A program made the position numbers and the translations under genes. From the NCBI GenBank assembly GCA_963768055.1, contig CAVYGN010000001.1, positions 1,216,001 to 1,280,000 on the forward strand: 64,000 nucleotides of DNA. Reading direction: 5' to 3'. This DNA is from an uncultured Spirochaetota bacterium. GTDB taxonomy: Bacteria; Spirochaetota; Brevinematia; Brevinematales; JAOACQ01. Below the pieces are notes generated by a model. It saw only the letters and a list, made by a program, of their open reading frames with translations. It ran no database searches and had not been told where the DNA came from. This document shows positions 9,361 to 19,361 of this stretch, piece after piece (within the stretch, counting starts at the first letter, position 1; every line of letters begins with the position of its first letter).

Positions 9361-11316
9361 CTAGGGTTTGTAAATGCCAATCCCCTCGAAAGCCTTGCCG
9401 TTGGCCCTGAAAAACCTGGTAAAGAATTCGTAATATTCGAGTCTCAAGACCTGTATAGCCACTATGAAGCCCTCGAAGCCGATAACGAATATATTTCCGA
9501 TAAGAATGGTGATCCACTGGCCGACCGGGCCTGCAGACATGTGAGAAATGGTAAAAACGACGCTCATAAGTGCGACATGGTTCAAAGCGAAGGCGCCTAC
9601 CCTTATGAAAGATATGGTGTTGCTCAAGAAGCCCATCGCGGATTCGTATATGTCAACCAGGCCCAGTGCAATGCTTGGCTTTTCCTCGCCTGCTTCCTCT
9701 TTTTTATGCTTGAATAAAAGCCTTTCAAGGAATTTCTCAAGTGCGATGCATAGAGCGCAGACGGCTGTCACAGCAAAAATATAAGAAGGATAATGCTGGC
9801 CCCGCATGACGCAGAAGACTACATACAATAAAGAACCGTAAAAACCCAGGCCGGCCAGGCCGTTGGTCGTAAAAAGTAGTTTCGGGTAATTCTTTTCCAT
9901 TAAACTGTTTATAATATTAAGCAGGATTGCGAACATGATAACAACAGCACCGAAAACTACCGCCAGTGTAAGAATATCCATGATATGGTCCATGGGCTGT
10001 ATCCATACCGGCTTTATGATGCCTTCGTTTCCGAATAAGGCACCGTATAAAAAACCGAAAATGACGGACGACAGGCCTACCCCGATTAATATGAATCCGA
10101 AGTTCCTGAACGATTTGAATTTTTTTATTAAAAAAATAATGGCGCCGAGCAGGGCTATAGTAAAGCCATGACCAACGTCCCCGAACATCGCGCCGTACAT
10201 CAGCATATATGAAATCGCAAAAATGGGGGTCGGGTCGATTTCCGTGTAATTAGGGGTTCCGAATGTCGATACAAGCATTTCGAAGGGTTTGATGAAGAAC
10301 GGGTTTGAAAATTTTGTAGGTACGGTAAGCCCTTCCTGTTCCATCGCATCCGACGCTTTCTGCTCGAGAAACGCGCACCTGTTTTGAGTAACCTGCTCCA
10401 TTTTCTTTTCCAGTTTATTGGCCGAGTCCGCGGGGACCCATCCTGAAAACAGGCATACTTTTGTTGAAGACACCATTTCCCCTTTGAGGCGTTCCATGGC
10501 TATATAATACCTTGCGCTGTTTTTGAGGCTTCTCAGAAGGGCAATGTAACCGAGAAGCTTTTTTTTAAATTGCTTTTCATGCCACAATTCCTCGTCATAG
10601 ACCGAAGAGAGCTCGAAAGCGTAATGAACAATAGAGGATTTATCGACTTCTCCAGGGGTTTTCGGGATCCCGTAATCCTTGAAGTACACGCTTTTTAAAA
10701 TCTGCTGGACTTTGTCTTTAACGGACGACGGGGCTATATAGAAGACTATAACCGATTCATCTACCATGTCTATCTCTTCTATGATGGTCGGCAATGTTTC
10801 CATTGCGCTTTCAAAACCTTCATAGCTTGTCTGGGGAATGCTGCCATAGCCTAAAGTGAAATACTGAATATCGGCCGCTTTGTTCCAGTCAATATCCCGT
10901 GCTGAAAAATAATTTATCTTTTTAATTTTTATTTTAGTCTCTTTCTGGGCATCCTTTAATTTTTCAAGTACGCTATAGTGATTGTTAAGTTCAGCCTCTA
11001 TGGTTTTAACATTATTTTCAAGAGTTTCTGCATCGATTATTCCGGTTTCAGTTATTTCCACTTCTTCTCTTGTTTCAAGCCTTTCCATAAAACTCTCGAA
11101 AGTGGCGAGAAGGTAATTGACCCTTTTGTCAAGATCCAGAAATCTGGCTGTACCTGTTTCCGCATCGCTTTTAGCGAGCATGTAACTTTTTGCTTTTTCC
11201 AGGGATATTTCAATCGATTGAAAATCCCCGAATTTTACTACTTCCCTCGATACCTCGTCAGCAAGTTTTTTCATTATCAGGAAGTCGATTTTCTTCATTC
11301 TCTGCGCGATGAACAT
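9361..11316 (-). CDS. atpI: V/A-type ATP synthase subunit I (a)
   Basis: EIDPTP, GAMFGDVGHG, SNTISFIRVGAFALNH, RLEYYEFF. Confidence 0.95.
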   Translation of the reverse strand: MFIAQRMKKIDFLIMKKLADEVSREVVKFGDFQSIEISLEKAKSYMLAKSDAETGTARFLDLDKRVNYLLATFESFMERLETREEVEITETGIIDAETLENNVKTIEAELNNHYSVLEKLKDAQKETKIKIKKINYFSARDIDWNKAADIQYFTLGYGSIPQTSYEGFESAMETLPTIIEEIDMVDESVIVFYIAPSSVKDKVQQILKSVYFKDYGIPKTPGEVDKSSIVHYAFELSSVYDEELWHEKQFKKKLLGYIALLRSLKNSARYYIAMERLKGEMVSSTKVCLFSGWVPADSANKLEKKMEQVTQNRCAFLEQKASDAMEQEGLTVPTKFSNPFFIKPFEMLVSTFGTPNYTEIDPTPIFAISYMLMYGAMFGDVGHGFTIALLGAIIFLIKKFKSFRNFGFILIGVGLSSVIFGFLYGALFGNEGIIKPVWIQPMDHIMDILTLAVVFGAVVIMFAILLNIINSLMEKNYPKLLFTTNGLAGLGFYGSLLYVVFCVMRGQHYPSYIFAVTAVCALCIALEKFLERLLFKHKKEEAGEEKPSIALGLVDIYESAMGFLSNTISFIRVGAFALNHVALMSVVFTISHMSAGPVGQWITILIGNIFVIGFEGFIVAIQVLRLEYYEFFTRFFRANGKAFEGIGIYKP

Positions 11317-11335
11317 TCAGCGAACCCCGTCTTTA

Positions 11336-12340
11336 TTAGTCATAAATCAGCATATCCATTATTTTTGCCGTATCTATATTAAGTTTTTTCCCTTCAAGGG
11401 CTGTAATAAGATTCTTTACATGAATAATGTTAAGGATAAAAAAACCCAGAAAGACTCCGAGGCTGAATGGATATCCGATAAGATAGGACTTTGCCTTTTT
11501 AAAAAGCTTGATAAACATTTCCTTTTCAAGATTCAAATGATCCGGACCGCCTTCTTCCAGAAACCTGAAATCATTCAGATACCCTATGTATATTTCCTTT
11601 GTCTCCGCATCGAGAAGTTTCTGATATTTATTTTTCGAAAAAAGGATAGGGATATTAGGCACAATAGCGATTATCTCTTCATTCGACATTGAATAATTGA
11701 ATTTGGCCCTGTATATCCATAACAGCCTGTTGATATTCAAATAATGAAAAAACACATCCCCGATAAGTTTTTTCTCATTTGGTCCAAGCCTCGAAATTTT
11801 CTTTTTTATGTTGACTGCGAAATAGTTATCAAGGTTCATTTCATAATAAAACGTGGTATTTTCGTTCTCGATCCTGGGAATGGCATCCGAGGCAAGCCTG
11901 TAATATTCCGATCCGCTTAACAGTTCCTGGAATTCCTCAAGGGTCTTTACATCTTTTATAAACTCCATCTGAATGCGGCTGGTTTTATTGATCCTGTACA
12001 GGAATTTCACAGGCCTTTTATTTATTATAGCCCTTGTTATTATTTTTAAATTCTCGATTTCGAAAATTTTCCCTAAATAGAGCACAAAATCTTTAGTGTA
12101 GCCCATCAAAAATCTGCTGATGCTCTCAAGAAAATAGAAGCCCTCCTGTTTAAGCTGTCCTTCAAGCCTGACATTGTCTTCAGTGTCCAATTCCACTTTT
12201 TTCGACAGGGTTTTTAAAAATTGCTTGTATTCGGCAATATTCATCGAAAGCATTTCAGAGCATTTCTCCCTGGTAAGCATCAGCGAAGCTGACCAGCTTT
12301 TAATTTTGGGATAAACCGAAGTATATTCTTCTCCGAACAT
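11336..12340 (-). CDS. atpC: V/A-type ATPase subunit C (d/AC39)
   Basis: 334 aa; EIENLKII, EMNLDNY and NLITALEGK motifs; position in the operon. Confidence 0.8.
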   Translation of the reverse strand: MFGEEYTSVYPKIKSWSASLMLTREKCSEMLSMNIAEYKQFLKTLSKKVELDTEDNVRLEGQLKQEGFYFLESISRFLMGYTKDFVLYLGKIFEIENLKIITRAIINKRPVKFLYRINKTSRIQMEFIKDVKTLEEFQELLSGSEYYRLASDAIPRIENENTTFYYEMNLDNYFAVNIKKKISRLGPNEKKLIGDVFFHYLNINRLLWIYRAKFNYSMSNEEIIAIVPNIPILFSKNKYQKLLDAETKEIYIGYLNDFRFLEEGGPDHLNLEKEMFIKLFKKAKSYLIGYPFSLGVFLGFFILNIIHVKNLITALEGKKLNIDTAKIMDMLIYD

Positions 12341-12350
12341 AATTATCCCC

Positions 12351-12668
12351 TTATAAGTCCTGGCCGATAATTGAATTTATAATCTTTGAAAAAATTGCTG
12401 ATTTTTTTGAATTCAGCTTTTCTTCCTTTGCTTTCATTTCCAGCACAAGGTCGTTATGGATCTTTTCGTTGTATTCTCTGATCTCTCTTTCAAGGATATC
12501 CGATTTTTCATTTTTTTCCTTGAGGATCTCTTCTTCAAGTTTTTCGGTCATTTGTTCGATTCTATGGTCGGCCTGTTCGTTTATTTCCTGTATTTTTTCA
12601 GCCGCGGCTTTTGCAGTATTTTGAAGGGTTTCCTCGGCGTTTAAAACCTCGGCTATCAAATCTTTCAT
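12351..12668 (-). CDS. Probable V/A-ATPase peripheral-stalk subunit G/H
   Basis: 105 aa, E/K-rich coiled coil beginning IAEVLNAEE; position in the operon. Confidence 0.6.
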   Translation of the reverse strand: MKDLIAEVLNAEETLQNTAKAAAEKIQEINEQADHRIEQMTEKLEEEILKEKNEKSDILEREIREYNEKIHNDLVLEMKAKEEKLNSKKSAIFSKIINSIIGQDL

Positions 12669-13117
12669 ATATTCTCTCCGATGACAAAAGTGTCGCAGGT
12701 ACAGTTCAGAAGAATCTTTCTTTCAACAGCCGAAAAGATGTCTTTTAAAAATTCTCCCCCGCATTTTTTTACAACGCAGACGATTTTATATTCTTCGTCG
12801 TCATGTTTTATGAATTCCATAATCTTCGAATAAGGGTCGCCTTCAAGAAGGACGGGAATAATATCTACCCCGCTGTCCATACCGAGTTTTTTTACATGGT
12901 TCAAGTATCTTTCAGCGTCCCTTGTCATACCCTCCTTTATAATCGAGGTTTCTTCCCTGATGAAAATCTTGTATCTTTCCATTTTTAATAATAATTCGTT
13001 GTTGATTACCGAAATAGCGCTTAATTTCATGTTAAAGGATCTGGCAAGCGAAATAACCCTGGGAATAGCCTTCCTGTTCTCAGCAGAGCCAGTCAAAGGA
13101 AAATACATTTTGCCCAT
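12665..13117 (-). CDS. Universal stress protein (USP) family
   Basis: 150 aa; FPLTGS, LLEGDPYSKI, AVERKILLNCTCDTFVI (USP-like start and end). Confidence 0.7.
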   Translation of the reverse strand: MGKMYFPLTGSAENRKAIPRVISLARSFNMKLSAISVINNELLLKMERYKIFIREETSIIKEGMTRDAERYLNHVKKLGMDSGVDIIPVLLEGDPYSKIMEFIKHDDEEYKIVCVVKKCGGEFLKDIFSAVERKILLNCTCDTFVIGENI

Positions 13118-13135
13118 CGTGAACCTCCCCGCCCG

Positions 13136-13771
13136 CTAAACGGAAGCGTTTTGACTGTTTTTAATTCTTTTCAGCTGGAAAAAAGTTTCTCTTTCCCTTT
13201 CCTCAAGCGTGTCCTGGATAAATTTTATTATTTCTTTAAATTCCGGAATAAAAATATTTTCAAGCGCGTTTACCCGTCTCTGCGTCTTTTTTATTTCATA
13301 AGCGAGTCTCCAGGCCGAATCTTCAACCTGCGCAACTACAACTATCAGGTTGACTATTTCTTTAATATGCCTGGACAGGATATCATAATTAGCCGTGGAT
13401 GACGCAAAGGAAATATCGGGCTTGCCGTTATCCCTGATCTCCTCTTTATACCTGATGGCGGGAATACTTACTCCCATAACCCTTTTTTCATGGATCTCCA
13501 GCTCTGGCAATTCCTTATGAGTGTCGGCAATGTTTTTAAGTTCAAGTTCGCCGATTTCAAGTACTACGGTTTGCAGTAAATCATAGCTCTTCTCAAGAAG
13601 GGAATCGAGATTTTCCCTCACATCTTTTATTTTCGAAATTATTTCCACAAGATGCAATACAAGAATTTCCCGTTTTTCTTCCAGCAGCGTATGTCCTTCG
13701 ATGGAAAACTCGAGCTGTGATTTGTAATCAAGAAGGTTTGTCTTAGTCGGCGCTATTTCCGCTAAATTCAT
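13136..13771 (-). CDS. atpD: V/A-type ATP synthase subunit D
   Basis: APTKTNLL, GHTLLEEKR, EIKKTQRRVNALE, ERERE.FFQLK. Confidence 0.95.
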   Translation of the reverse strand: MNLAEIAPTKTNLLDYKSQLEFSIEGHTLLEEKREILVLHLVEIISKIKDVRENLDSLLEKSYDLLQTVVLEIGELELKNIADTHKELPELEIHEKRVMGVSIPAIRYKEEIRDNGKPDISFASSTANYDILSRHIKEIVNLIVVVAQVEDSAWRLAYEIKKTQRRVNALENIFIPEFKEIIKFIQDTLEERERETFFQLKRIKNSQNASV

Positions 13772-13786
13772 AAATTATTCCTGTTA

Positions 13787-15178
13787 TTATTCCGTTTCAA
13801 TGTAATATTTTTTTATTTCTTCCTCGCGAAGTCCGGTCAGTTCTGTTGTCGGAAGCAAAGACACCATTTTCCAGCCTAAGGCGAGACTGTCCTCCATCGA
13901 ACGGTCTTCATTGAAGCCCTGGCCGATAAATTCATGCTCGAATTTATCGCCGAATTTAAGATAGCATTTATCGACGGCCCCAAGTTCCTCTTCGCCGACT
14001 ATAGATGATATAGCCCTGACCTCTTTTACCCTGGCGTAGCTGGCATACAGCTGCATGAAAAGATGGGGATGATCGTCCCTTGTATAGCCCTTGCCGATGC
14101 TGTCCTTCATAAGCCTTGAAAGGGAGGGCAGGATATCGACGGGCGGGTATATGCCTTTTCCGTTCAGTTCCCTTCCCAAAACGATCTGGCCCTCGGTTAT
14201 ATAGCCTGTCAGGTCGGGGACCGGATGTGTTATATCGTCATTTGGCATTGTCAGGATGGGTATCTGGGTTATGCTCCCCTTTTTATTCTGGACACGTCCG
14301 GCCCTTTCATAGATCGTGGAAAGGTCGCTGTACATATAGCCGGGAAAACCCTTTCTGGCGGGTACTTCGCCTCTCGCGTTAGCGATTTCCCGCAGCGCTT
14401 CGCAATAACTCGTCATATCTGTAAGGATCACAAGCACATGCTTGTCCTTTTCATACGCTAAATACTCGGCGGCGGTAAGCGCGACGCGGGGAGTTATGAT
14501 CCTTTCGATGGGAGGGTCGTCGGCCCGGTTTAAAAACATCGCTACGTTTTTAAGAGCTCCTGTTTCTTCGAAATTTTTGATAAAAAAGAAGGCGTCATCA
14601 TGTTTTATACCCATGGCTGCAAAAATAACGGCGAAATTACCGGATTCCTCGCCCGGAAGCTTTGCCTGGGCGGCGATCTGAGCCGCTAATTCGTTATGCG
14701 GCAGGCCGGCTGCGGAAAAAATGGGAAGTTTCTGGCCCCGTACAAGCGTATTCATGAGATCGATTGTCGAAACGCCGGTTTCAATGTATTCGCGCGGATA
14801 CGCCCTGACCACCGGGTTCAACGGCTCGCCGTTGGCATTTTTTACCGTTTCCGGAATAATATCGGATAATCCGTCGATCTGTTTTCCCATTCCGTTAAAA
14901 ACCCTGCCGAGTATCTTTTCCGAAAGCCCTATTTCGAAAGGTTTGCCTTTGAAAATAACCCTGATCTTTTGAGGATTTATGCCGCTGGAACCCTCGAATA
15001 ATTGTATTAAAAGGGCTTCGTCTGAAGACTCGAGAACTTTGCCATGCCTTACGGAACCGTCCGATAATTTCATTTCGACCATTTCGTCATAGCCTATGCC
15101 TTTTATGCCTTCCACGATAGCGAGAGGCCCTTTTAAGCCTGCGATTCCGACATATTCTTTACTCATTTCTATGGCCAT
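13787..15178 (-). CDS. atpB: V/A-type ATP synthase subunit B
   Basis: [42 protein letters not shown]; start set at ATG 15178 after GGAG. Confidence 0.97.
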   Translation of the reverse strand: MAIEMSKEYVGIAGLKGPLAIVEGIKGIGYDEMVEMKLSDGSVRHGKVLESSDEALLIQLFEGSSGINPQKIRVIFKGKPFEIGLSEKILGRVFNGMGKQIDGLSDIIPETVKNANGEPLNPVVRAYPREYIETGVSTIDLMNTLVRGQKLPIFSAAGLPHNELAAQIAAQAKLPGEESGNFAVIFAAMGIKHDDAFFFIKNFEETGALKNVAMFLNRADDPPIERIITPRVALTAAEYLAYEKDKHVLVILTDMTSYCEALREIANARGEVPARKGFPGYMYSDLSTIYERAGRVQNKKGSITQIPILTMPNDDITHPVPDLTGYITEGQIVLGRELNGKGIYPPVDILPSLSRLMKDSIGKGYTRDDHPHLFMQLYASYARVKEVRAISSIVGEEELGAVDKCYLKFGDKFEHEFIGQGFNEDRSMEDSLALGWKMVSLLPTTELTGLREEEIKKYYIETE

Positions 15179-15212
15179 TTTAAACTCCACCGATCTTTAT
15201 TAAGGACGGTCA

Positions 15213-16988
15213 CTATTTATATTCTTCCCTTAAATCATCGAATTCCTTATGCATTTCCTTTTCGACTTCGTCAATATCTGTTAACCGGTCGTTGGGTACG
15301 GTAAGCTTGATGCGGATCATTTTTGGAATGCATTTCATATCGCGGATTGTAAGGATAGGCGCGCCAAGCTTGATAATTTCCTCCGCCCTTTCAAGGAATC
15401 TAAGAAAGATCCTCAATATTTTCAACTGCTTCTCCGGGGTGGAGTAAGTGTCTATTTCATCGAATGCTCCCTGCTGAAGAAATCCGAGCTTGATCAGCCT
15501 CGCCGTTTCCAGGTAAAGCCTTTCGCTGTCGGGCAGCGCGTCGGGTCCTATCAATTTGACTATCCTCAGAAGCCTGTCCTCTTTCTGGAGAATTTCATAG
15601 GTTTTAATCCTGACTTCCCTGTAATCGTTTGCGACATGTTCATCCCACCATGGACGGACATCTTCGACATACTGGCTGTAACTCCTCATCCAGTTTATAG
15701 CCGGGTAATGGCGACTGCTTGCCAGATTTTTATCCAATTCCCAGAAACACCTCACAAACCTTTTCGTGTTCTGGGTCACAGGTTCTGAAAAATCCCCCCC
15801 TGGAGGCGAAACGGCGCCAATCACGCTTATGGAACCCCAGGACCCGCTTTTTGTTTTGACATAACCGGCCCTTTCATAAAACGCCGCAAGCCTTGACCCC
15901 AGGTATGCCGGAAATCCCTCTTCAGCGGGCATTTCTTCAAGCCTTCCGGATAGTTCTCTCAGGGCTTCCGCCCAGCGTGACGTAGAGTCGGCCATGATGG
16001 CGACATCATAACCCATATCCCTGTAATATTCCCCGAGAGTTATCCCTGTATAAATCGAAGCCTCTCTCGCTGTAACCGGCATGTTCGAGGTATTTGCAAT
16101 AAGTATCGTTCTTTCCATTAAAGGTTTCCCGGTCCTGGGATCGATAAGCTTGGGAAAGTCTTCAAGCACTTCCGTCATCTCGTTTCCCCTTTCGCCGCAG
16201 CCTATATAAACTATAACCTGGGCGTCGGCCCATTTTGCAAGCTGGTGCTGAGTTATAGTTTTCCCTGTACCGAAACCGCCGGGTATGCCAGCCGTTCCGC
16301 CTTTTGTTATTGGAAAAAATATATCCACGATCCTCTGCCCTGTAATCAGGGGAATTATCGGCTTGGACCTTTCCAAGATAGGCCTTAAAACTTTTACAGG
16401 CCACCTATGGTATAATTTTATTTCAATTTCCTCGTCTTCATCGGTTTTAACTACGGCAATTACATCGTCAAGCTTATAATCCCCTTCCGGGGCCATCTTC
16501 ACTAAAACCCCTTGTTTTACGTCGGGCTTAATGAGTATTCTATGTTCAATAACGCTTGTTTCCTGCACTGTTCCAAGTATTGCGCCGCCTTCAACCCTTG
16601 TTCCCTCTGTAAGAACAGGCTTAAAATGCCACACTTTCTCCCTGTCGAGGGAAGGTACATTAATACCCCTGCCGATGTAAATTCCCGACCTTCTTTCAAT
16701 TTCCTCAAGGGGCCTCTGGATCCCGTCGAATATATTGCCGATGATTCCCGGCCCCAACTCTACCGATAAGGGGAGCCCGGTGCCGTATACAGGATCGCCC
16801 GGCCTGATGCCGCTCGTGTCCTCATAGACCTGGATGATCGCGATATCGCCCCTGATGCTTAATACTTCAGCAATCAGGCGGTAATCGGATACCTCGACGA
16901 GTTCCATCATCTGCAGCATATCTTCGAGCTTGGCATGAATGATGGGGCCGTTGATTTTTAATATAATGCCCGCTTTTTTACTTTCCAT
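15213..16988 (-). CDS. atpA: V/A-type ATP synthase subunit A
   Basis: P-loop GGFGTGKT, GCGERGNEM, DSTSRWAEALRE, PPGGDFSEPV. Confidence 0.97.
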   Translation of the reverse strand: MESKKAGIILKINGPIIHAKLEDMLQMMELVEVSDYRLIAEVLSIRGDIAIIQVYEDTSGIRPGDPVYGTGLPLSVELGPGIIGNIFDGIQRPLEEIERRSGIYIGRGINVPSLDREKVWHFKPVLTEGTRVEGGAILGTVQETSVIEHRILIKPDVKQGVLVKMAPEGDYKLDDVIAVVKTDEDEEIEIKLYHRWPVKVLRPILERSKPIIPLITGQRIVDIFFPITKGGTAGIPGGFGTGKTITQHQLAKWADAQVIVYIGCGERGNEMTEVLEDFPKLIDPRTGKPLMERTILIANTSNMPVTAREASIYTGITLGEYYRDMGYDVAIMADSTSRWAEALRELSGRLEEMPAEEGFPAYLGSRLAAFYERAGYVKTKSGSWGSISVIGAVSPPGGDFSEPVTQNTKRFVRCFWELDKNLASSRHYPAINWMRSYSQYVEDVRPWWDEHVANDYREVRIKTYEILQKEDRLLRIVKLIGPDALPDSERLYLETARLIKLGFLQQGAFDEIDTYSTPEKQLKILRIFLRFLERAEEIIKLGAPILTIRDMKCIPKMIRIKLTVPNDRLTDIDEVEKEMHKEFDDLREEYK

Positions 16989-17015
16989 AATTTTCCTCTA
17001 AACAATTGTTCGGGG

Positions 17016-17693
17016 CTAAAGTTCTCTTATAATACCAATGGGTGTTTGCTCCGAGCTCTGCCCAAGGGGATTGTCCCTCAAGACTGCCAAAAGCCAATTT
17101 TTATCTAACGACCTGTCGGACCTTCCCAGAATTTTCCCTCCAAGGTCGTTAAGATCGACAATTACAGCTCGTTCCATAACTTTTCCGGCAATTTCAGACG
17201 CAACTTTATCGGGTTTATCGGGCCCGAGGACAACATAAGAATTATAGGGAGGAAGAGTATTAGGGGTCGGACCGTCGATCGACGAAGCCTTATAACCGGC
17301 GACCCTGTAAAAATCACCCTTTCTTCCAAGAAGCTTCCCTGCGGATCCGATTACCGCTGCGATAAGGATCCTGACAGCGCCGCATTCTTTTAAAGCCATT
17401 TCCATCGTTTCAGGTATCCCAAGCCCTATCCCGTTCGGGGTCTTAGTCACATAATGTGAAAGAAATACGGCAAGGCGGCCGGGCTTGATCTCCTTTACCG
17501 GATATGCCCTTCCCTGCGTAATGGCTACAGCTTTCTCGCTGATAAAAATAATATCTTTCTTTTTTAACGCCGGAAGCGTATATTTTTTTACGACATCTAC
17601 AATGTTGTCTTCCCTGGTGATTACATGAGTTTTTATTGGTAATCTAACATACTTTTTGCCGCTTACGGCTATCTCGGGATTTTTAACCTTCAT
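17016..17693 (-). CDS. Coenzyme F420-0:L-glutamate ligase (CofE)-family protein
   Basis: LPIKTHVI, DIIFISEKAVAITQGR, IDGPT, DNPLGQSSEQTPI; start at ATG 17693 after AGGAG. Confidence 0.75.
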   Translation of the reverse strand: MKVKNPEIAVSGKKYVRLPIKTHVITREDNIVDVVKKYTLPALKKKDIIFISEKAVAITQGRAYPVKEIKPGRLAVFLSHYVTKTPNGIGLGIPETMEMALKECGAVRILIAAVIGSAGKLLGRKGDFYRVAGYKASSIDGPTPNTLPPYNSYVVLGPDKPDKVASEIAGKVMERAVIVDLNDLGGKILGRSDRSLDKNWLLAVLRDNPLGQSSEQTPIGIIREL

Positions 17694-17723
17694 CGACACT
17701 CCTTAACAGGACAAGCTCTCCGA

Positions 17724-18305
17724 TCAGCCCAATTCTTCCGAAATCATTTTAAGAAAAACAGGTCTTTTCCTTTCAAAAATATTTTCAAGAGAATTGTCAA
17801 CATAACTTCCGCCTGAACTGCATATGACTCCGCCGTCTATCTTCACGGCATCCTTAAGGACCAGCTCTCCTTCTCTGAAATCCTTAGCCAATTCGCTGAA
17901 AAGGCCGATATCGTCCTTTGAGAGAGACACCTCTACGGGGATCGAACCTATTAAATCGGCCGACAACCTGACCAGCTTCTTTAGAAAATTCAGGTAGCCT
18001 TCCCTGTTCTGCTTCAATTGCCTGATCAATTCTTTTAAAGATTCTTCAAGGATCCTGTCTATGAGATTTACTTCCATTTTCTGACGGTCTCTGTAAGTTT
18101 CCAGTTCCGCCTTTGCGGTCAGCTTGATCCTTTTCCGTTTTATTTCAGCCGCCAGAACCTCTTTCGCCTCCGACATCCTCTTATCGATTTCTTCAGCAGC
18201 CTCTATGATCCTTTTATCAGTCTCAATTATGGCCGCATTCAGAGACTCGTTATTGAGTTCTTCAGAATCACGGCTGATGTCGTTTAAAATTTCCTTAAGA
18301 CCCAT
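17724..18305 (-). CDS. atpE: V/A-type ATP synthase subunit E
   Basis: Coiled-coil N-terminus MGLKEILNDI and C-terminal IDGGVI..VDNSLE. Confidence 0.85.
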   Translation of the reverse strand: MGLKEILNDISRDSEELNNESLNAAIIETDKRIIEAAEEIDKRMSEAKEVLAAEIKRKRIKLTAKAELETYRDRQKMEVNLIDRILEESLKELIRQLKQNREGYLNFLKKLVRLSADLIGSIPVEVSLSKDDIGLFSELAKDFREGELVLKDAVKIDGGVICSSGGSYVDNSLENIFERKRPVFLKMISEELG

Positions 18306-18329
18306 AGGTCGTACCTTCGCCTCTTTTTT

Positions 18330-18635
18330 TTATATCCTTATTCCCACGGCTTCCCTTATATAATCCGCGAGGTTTTTTAAACCCTCGATGTGCCCCTTCG
18401 AATCTGGTATATCAATGACAAGGGGAAGCTCTTTTGAAAATCTCATCTGATTTATCAACTCCCTGGCCCATTCCGCTACTCTTTCCGTTACTACTATCAA
18501 GCCGAAGCTTTTTGATTTCCTGATCTTTTTGATTTCATTTATAGCGTCTTCCTGGTTTTCAATTATCCTGCTTTCCATGCCGGAAAGGCCGAATAAAAGA
18601 GAGGTTTCTTTGTCGCCAAGAACGATCAGTTTCAT
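18330..18635 (-). CDS. atpF: V/A-type ATP synthase subunit F
   Basis: MKLIVLGDKETSLLFGLSG, PLVIDIPD, IREAVG. Confidence 0.9.
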   Translation of the reverse strand: MKLIVLGDKETSLLFGLSGMESRIIENQEDAINEIKKIRKSKSFGLIVVTERVAEWARELINQMRFSKELPLVIDIPDSKGHIEGLKNLADYIREAVGIRI

Positions 18636-18654
18636 TCATAATTCCTTTTTATAA

Positions 18655-19122
18655 TTATATTCTTGTCATTATGAGAATAGCTATGACTATTCCGTAAATA
18701 GCGATGCCTTCGCCCATTGCGACAAAGACGATCGCGCTTCCGAATATTTTAGGGTTTTCAGATATGCCTCCGATAGCCGCGGCTCCCGACATTCCTACTG
18801 CTATGCCCGCTCCCAGCGAGCCGATGCCGACGGCAAGCGCAGCCGCTATTAAGCCCAGCCCCGACTGGTCTTGAGCGGGAGGTTTAGTTTCCTGTACCGA
18901 TGTCTGTGTCTGTGCAGATTGTGTTTGCGCATGGCCCTTGGTCACGGCAAGTGATAAAATCCCGACGCTGAGGATCAGGAGTGAAAAAAGGCCGGTCAGG
19001 CCCAACGTTTTAATGAAAGCCCCTTTCATTTTCCCGCTTATATTTTCTTTTTTGTGACACAGATAAATCAGGATAATACCGCCCATAAGCGCAGCGAATA
19101 CGACCAAACCGATAATTATCAT
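18655..19122 (-). CDS. atpK: V/A-type ATP synthase proteolipid subunit K (c)
   Basis: AAALAVGIGSLGAGIA..AAIGGISENP..AMGEGIAIYG (one c hairpin) plus an N-terminal hydrophobic extension. Confidence 0.9.
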   Translation of the reverse strand: MIIIGLVVFAALMGGIILIYLCHKKENISGKMKGAFIKTLGLTGLFSLLILSVGILSLAVTKGHAQTQSAQTQTSVQETKPPAQDQSGLGLIAAALAVGIGSLGAGIAVGMSGAAAIGGISENPKIFGSAIVFVAMGEGIAIYGIVIAILIMTRI

Positions 19123-19151
19123 ACTTTCCTCCGCATTGTAATTTATAAATC

Positions 19152-19180
19152 ATTATAAAACTCTTTCCTTTTTATTGCAA
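19152..19180 (-). promoter_or_regulatory. sigma70-type promoter of the V/A-ATPase operon
   Basis: Minus strand TTGCAA-17 bp-TATAAT, 30 bp upstream of the atpK start. Confidence 0.6.
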
Positions 19181-19193
19181 AGGATTTTTTGTT

Positions 19194-19270
19194 CAGTCAA
19201 CAGTCGATAGTCGACAATCAACAGACAGCATAACCGCACTTCAGACTAACGACTGCAGATTGGCGACTGA
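19194..19270. repeat. Degenerate 7-bp tandem repeats arranged as an imperfect inverted repeat
   Basis: CAGTCAA CAGTCGA TAGTCGA CAATCAA CAGAC ... GACTAAC GACTGCA GATTGGC GACTGA. Confidence 0.6.
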
Positions 19271-19361
19271 TTATATATCTCATCAAAAGTTCGCAAAAAT
19301 ATTGATGCCCGGTTAAAATTATTATTTGGAAAAGGGGCATTAAAAATATAAGGATAGAATA

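Noticed and set aside
9277..9717. 146-aa plus-strand ORF after the ankyrin/peptidase gene
   Set aside because: Mostly antisense to atpI, with no recognisable domain.
19194..19270. Possible CRISPR array
   Set aside because: Units are 7 bp without unique spacers, and no cas genes are in the window.
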